Shown here one piece after another: positions 61,347 through 64,000 of a DNA stretch of 64,000 nt. Every line of letters starts with the position of its first letter. The stretch's first letter is position 1. A program made the translations under genes and the position numbers. The notes below the pieces were generated by a model. That model was not told the origin of the DNA and ran no database searches. It saw nothing but the letters and a program-made list of their open reading frames with translations. The stretch comes from Botryllus schlosseri (Eukaryota), in the NCBI GenBank assembly GCA_051294905.1, contig CM119371.1:8124001-8188000 (forward strand). Direction: 5' to 3'.

Positions 61347-62183
61347 GTTATCACACTATTTTTATTTCTTCTATCAGTACTGGTACTTGAAAACGCTACC
61401 AGAAACTGTTGAAAGTGAGGAATATCAGTATATTATGAATGCGAAGCTATCGATATCACCAAGCAGAGTTGTGAAAAGCGGGTTTCGCATGATATTATCT
61501 CGGAACTGCTCAGTCAAGACAAATGACTAAATTATGATGCTGCATAGCATATATTCAAATTAAATACCAACCATGCTATGTACATATCAGGCGACAGAAA
61601 CATCAAGCTGTCTCTTTCAAGCGGCGGAAGATCACCGGCAAAGAATTCAAAATTTCGAAAAATCAACCCGTTTATCCACCTGATGTGTATTTTATATTTG
61701 TCTAGTTAATCTATTTCATTATCAGGTTGTTTCGTTATCCATTTCCTCGTTAAGTTGTTACGTTTCACGAAATAATTAGACGTTTATAATGACTTACAAC
61801 GGAAAATATTTATTGAAAAACAAAATAACACCACGACAATTGCACTTAAATGCTATATTCGGGCGGTGTGACACGTAATATATTATAAATGAAGCACAAT
61901 CAAATAAAATAAAATAATAAAAACATTGCTAATACTAAGTAAACAGTTCAGGTCATGCATAACTTCTAATACCCTTGGTCGCTATAGATTATATACACTT
62001 CACATTAAAATGGCTCATCTACTGATCGACAAGAGTGGGCTTCGTCGTAAAGGAACATCCGTAGTGGCTCGCTCGTTTCAGTTGCAACCAAACGACAGGC
62101 GATTTTCCACACATCAGCGACATGTTCTTTCTCCATACTCGAACGGGTTACCACGCAGTCGACATTTGAAGTCAGACATTTAT

Positions 62184-62425
62184 CTATCTCAGCACACGTT
62201 TTATCCGCTCGATAGTATCATTGTCAAGATTGCAGAGATCAAAGCTGAAATCATCCCCCACGAACGTCTTGTTCGTGGAGTCCATGACGAAGCAAGATAT
62301 GTCCAATAGCGTTTCAATGTTGGTAACTTTTGACAATCTCGCCGCCAGTCGAACAAGCACGTGCGGCACATGTGAAAGTGGTGTGGCAGCACGGTAATCA
62401 ACTCCACCCGACCCAGTTGTGGAAT
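62184..62425 (-). CDS. terminal exon encoding an AF9/ENL-type ANC1-homology (AHD/ET-like) domain
   Basis: LVRLAARLSKVTNIETLLDISCFVMDSTNKTFVGDDFSFDLCNLDNDTIERIKRVLR-stop resembles the AF9/ENL C-terminus (LVELHRRL...FDFDLCSLDKTTVRKLQSYL). Acceptor AACAG| at 62426/62425; minus-strand AATAAA near 61809. Confidence 0.65.
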
Positions 62426-62472
62426 CTGTTATTATCTCATAGTAAAAGTTTGCAGTTTATTTAGCTGATAAG

Positions 62473-62810
62473 TAGGGCAAGTTTTTGTTGCAGTTAAATC
62501 CGTGGACAGTCGCATTTATTTTTGACAAAAGTTGCTGTAAGAAGTTGCGCTAGAAGACGACATTTTGCTCGGTTGACTACAAAAAAATGAAGAAGAAGGT
62601 CAACTTCTCAGTTCCACTCCCGAAATACAGCTTTCTATCAGCATTCTCTATTGATTGACTAAAAAAAAGGTCAACCTTCCGGCTCAGCTCCCGAACTACC
62701 CGTAAGAGCGTTACTTCAGTGCAGTCGAATTTGGCAGTACATTTTACCAAAATTAAAAATACGTTCATGAAAAATAGAAAAACATGCAAAACTTGCAAAA
62801 ACTTGCTTTA
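62473..62810. mobile_element. hAT-type MITE, same family as 60940-61346, opposite orientation, intronic
   Basis: TIRs TAGGGCAAGTTTTTG / CAAAAACTTGCTTTA; TSD CTGATAAG / TTGATAAG. Confidence 0.8.
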
Positions 62811-63288
62811 TTGATAAGATTTATAAATTATCAATTACAGAATTATTAATCTGATCATGACCCGAGTAATAAAAGTACAACGTACATTGTGCAAATGAGC
62901 AGTTCATAATTACAGTGTCGGTTGGCTTAGCTATACAGTGTACATTTCTTTTCGAACTGATGATCAAATCCACCACCATTGTTGGATTCTATATTTCTAA
63001 TAATTTAAATCATTATTGATTCCAATTCATCGCTAATAAGAAATAAGTCCGGTAACGTTTGGTTCATAGTACTGCGTTAATAATGCCAGTGTCCAGTAAA
63101 GCGATAAACATACATTTACAAAGATTATAAGATTGGTTTATATCAATGATTCAACCTTGGCTCCGTAACGGGTGGAATCGGGGTGTGTACATAAGGCTCA
63201 AGCTCAGATGGTTGGTATAAAAACCCTGAATGTGATTAATACATTAAAAGTAGCAGATGGCTAATTAGTCGAGCGGCCGAGATGGATG

Positions 63289-63483
63289 CAATGTTCCCTG
63301 TAAGCTGCGCACTTGCGCAAATGCGCAGTGCTGACACGATCTATGTGCACAGAAAATCTACGCTGCGCACAAAAAATCCCAAGTGATATCCTTTTTATTT
63401 AGTTGTTGCGCACTGATGTTCAAGGGACTGCGCAGTGAGTTGGTGAGTGCGGGCATACTCGTGAAAAATTAACGGGAACATTG
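63289..63483. mobile_element. 195-bp hAT-type MITE
   Basis: TIRs CAATGTTCCC / GGGAACATTG; TSD GATGGATG / CATGGATG. Confidence 0.82.
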
Positions 63484-63663
63484 CATGGATGGCTCTGAAT
63501 TTCTATATATTCATTGTGACAAAGATATCGATATCACGTGTATGTAGCACCTTATGAATGTCGCGATATAATGGGGTACTAAATTCGAGATCTCCCTTAT
63601 GACTCGCGACCCGATCTCGTCACGAGTCACCACTGGCTTACTGATATGCTTTCGTATCTTTAC

Positions 63664-63776
63664 CTTTTTGTCGTTTCCCGCGATCAAGGCCGCTACCGTC
63701 ATCGTTGATGTTGCTACATGTTTCCTTCAATGCACGAAACTTCATCAACCGCGAAGAAGAGCGTTGTTGCAAGTCA
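63664..63776 (-). CDS. candidate penultimate exon of the AHD-domain gene
   Basis: Acceptor TTTTAATAG|, open as DLQQRSSSRLMKFRALKETCSNINDDGSGLDRGKRQK. Phase-1 donor G|GTAAAG joins in frame (GAT) to the exon at 62425. Confidence 0.45.
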
Positions 63777-64000
63777 CTATTAAAACGCATGGTTACGAAA
63801 ATAAATAACTGAACTGTTCGTAAAACAATCACTACTTCTGTTATAAATCCAATTCATACTGGTGCATTTAGGCCTACATATCTTGGACCTCGGAGAATGA
63901 ATTACACGACCTAAAACGCTGAACGTAACCCTACACTACCAACCAGCACCAATCGAGACGGGCTCACCAATTGGCATTTGTTGATTTGTCACTCGACAAT

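Overview
AT-rich, repeat-dense animal (invertebrate-type, possibly tunicate; inference only) nuclear DNA, not a prokaryotic locus. The dominant structure is a 16,088-bp near-perfect palindrome (23269-39356; two ~8.0-kb arms around a 35-nt telomere-like spacer). It has AGTAGT...ACTACT termini and a 6-bp target-site duplication (TGAGAC), and it splits the terminal repeat of a hAT MITE. These are Polinton/Maverick signatures, but the element encodes no recognisable protein, so it looks like a fully fold-back, non-autonomous Polinton of roughly unit length. Host genes: two intronless BTB-BACK-Kelch genes (12159-13772 and 40852-42444, minus strand), a three-exon PPxY-motif membrane-protein gene reconstructed from splice sites (2396-7743, +), and the last exons of an AF9/ENL-like AHD-domain gene at the right edge (minus). 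Also present: a Penelope-like retroelement fragment with inverted pseudo-LTRs, each carrying a minimal hammerhead ribozyme, nested inside two hAT elements; many hAT MITEs with 8-bp TSDs; tRNA-derived pseudogenes; a long G-U-rich hairpin at ~43.9-44.4 kb; and tandemly duplicated micro-exons at ~53.5-55.9 kb. All comparisons were made by eye.
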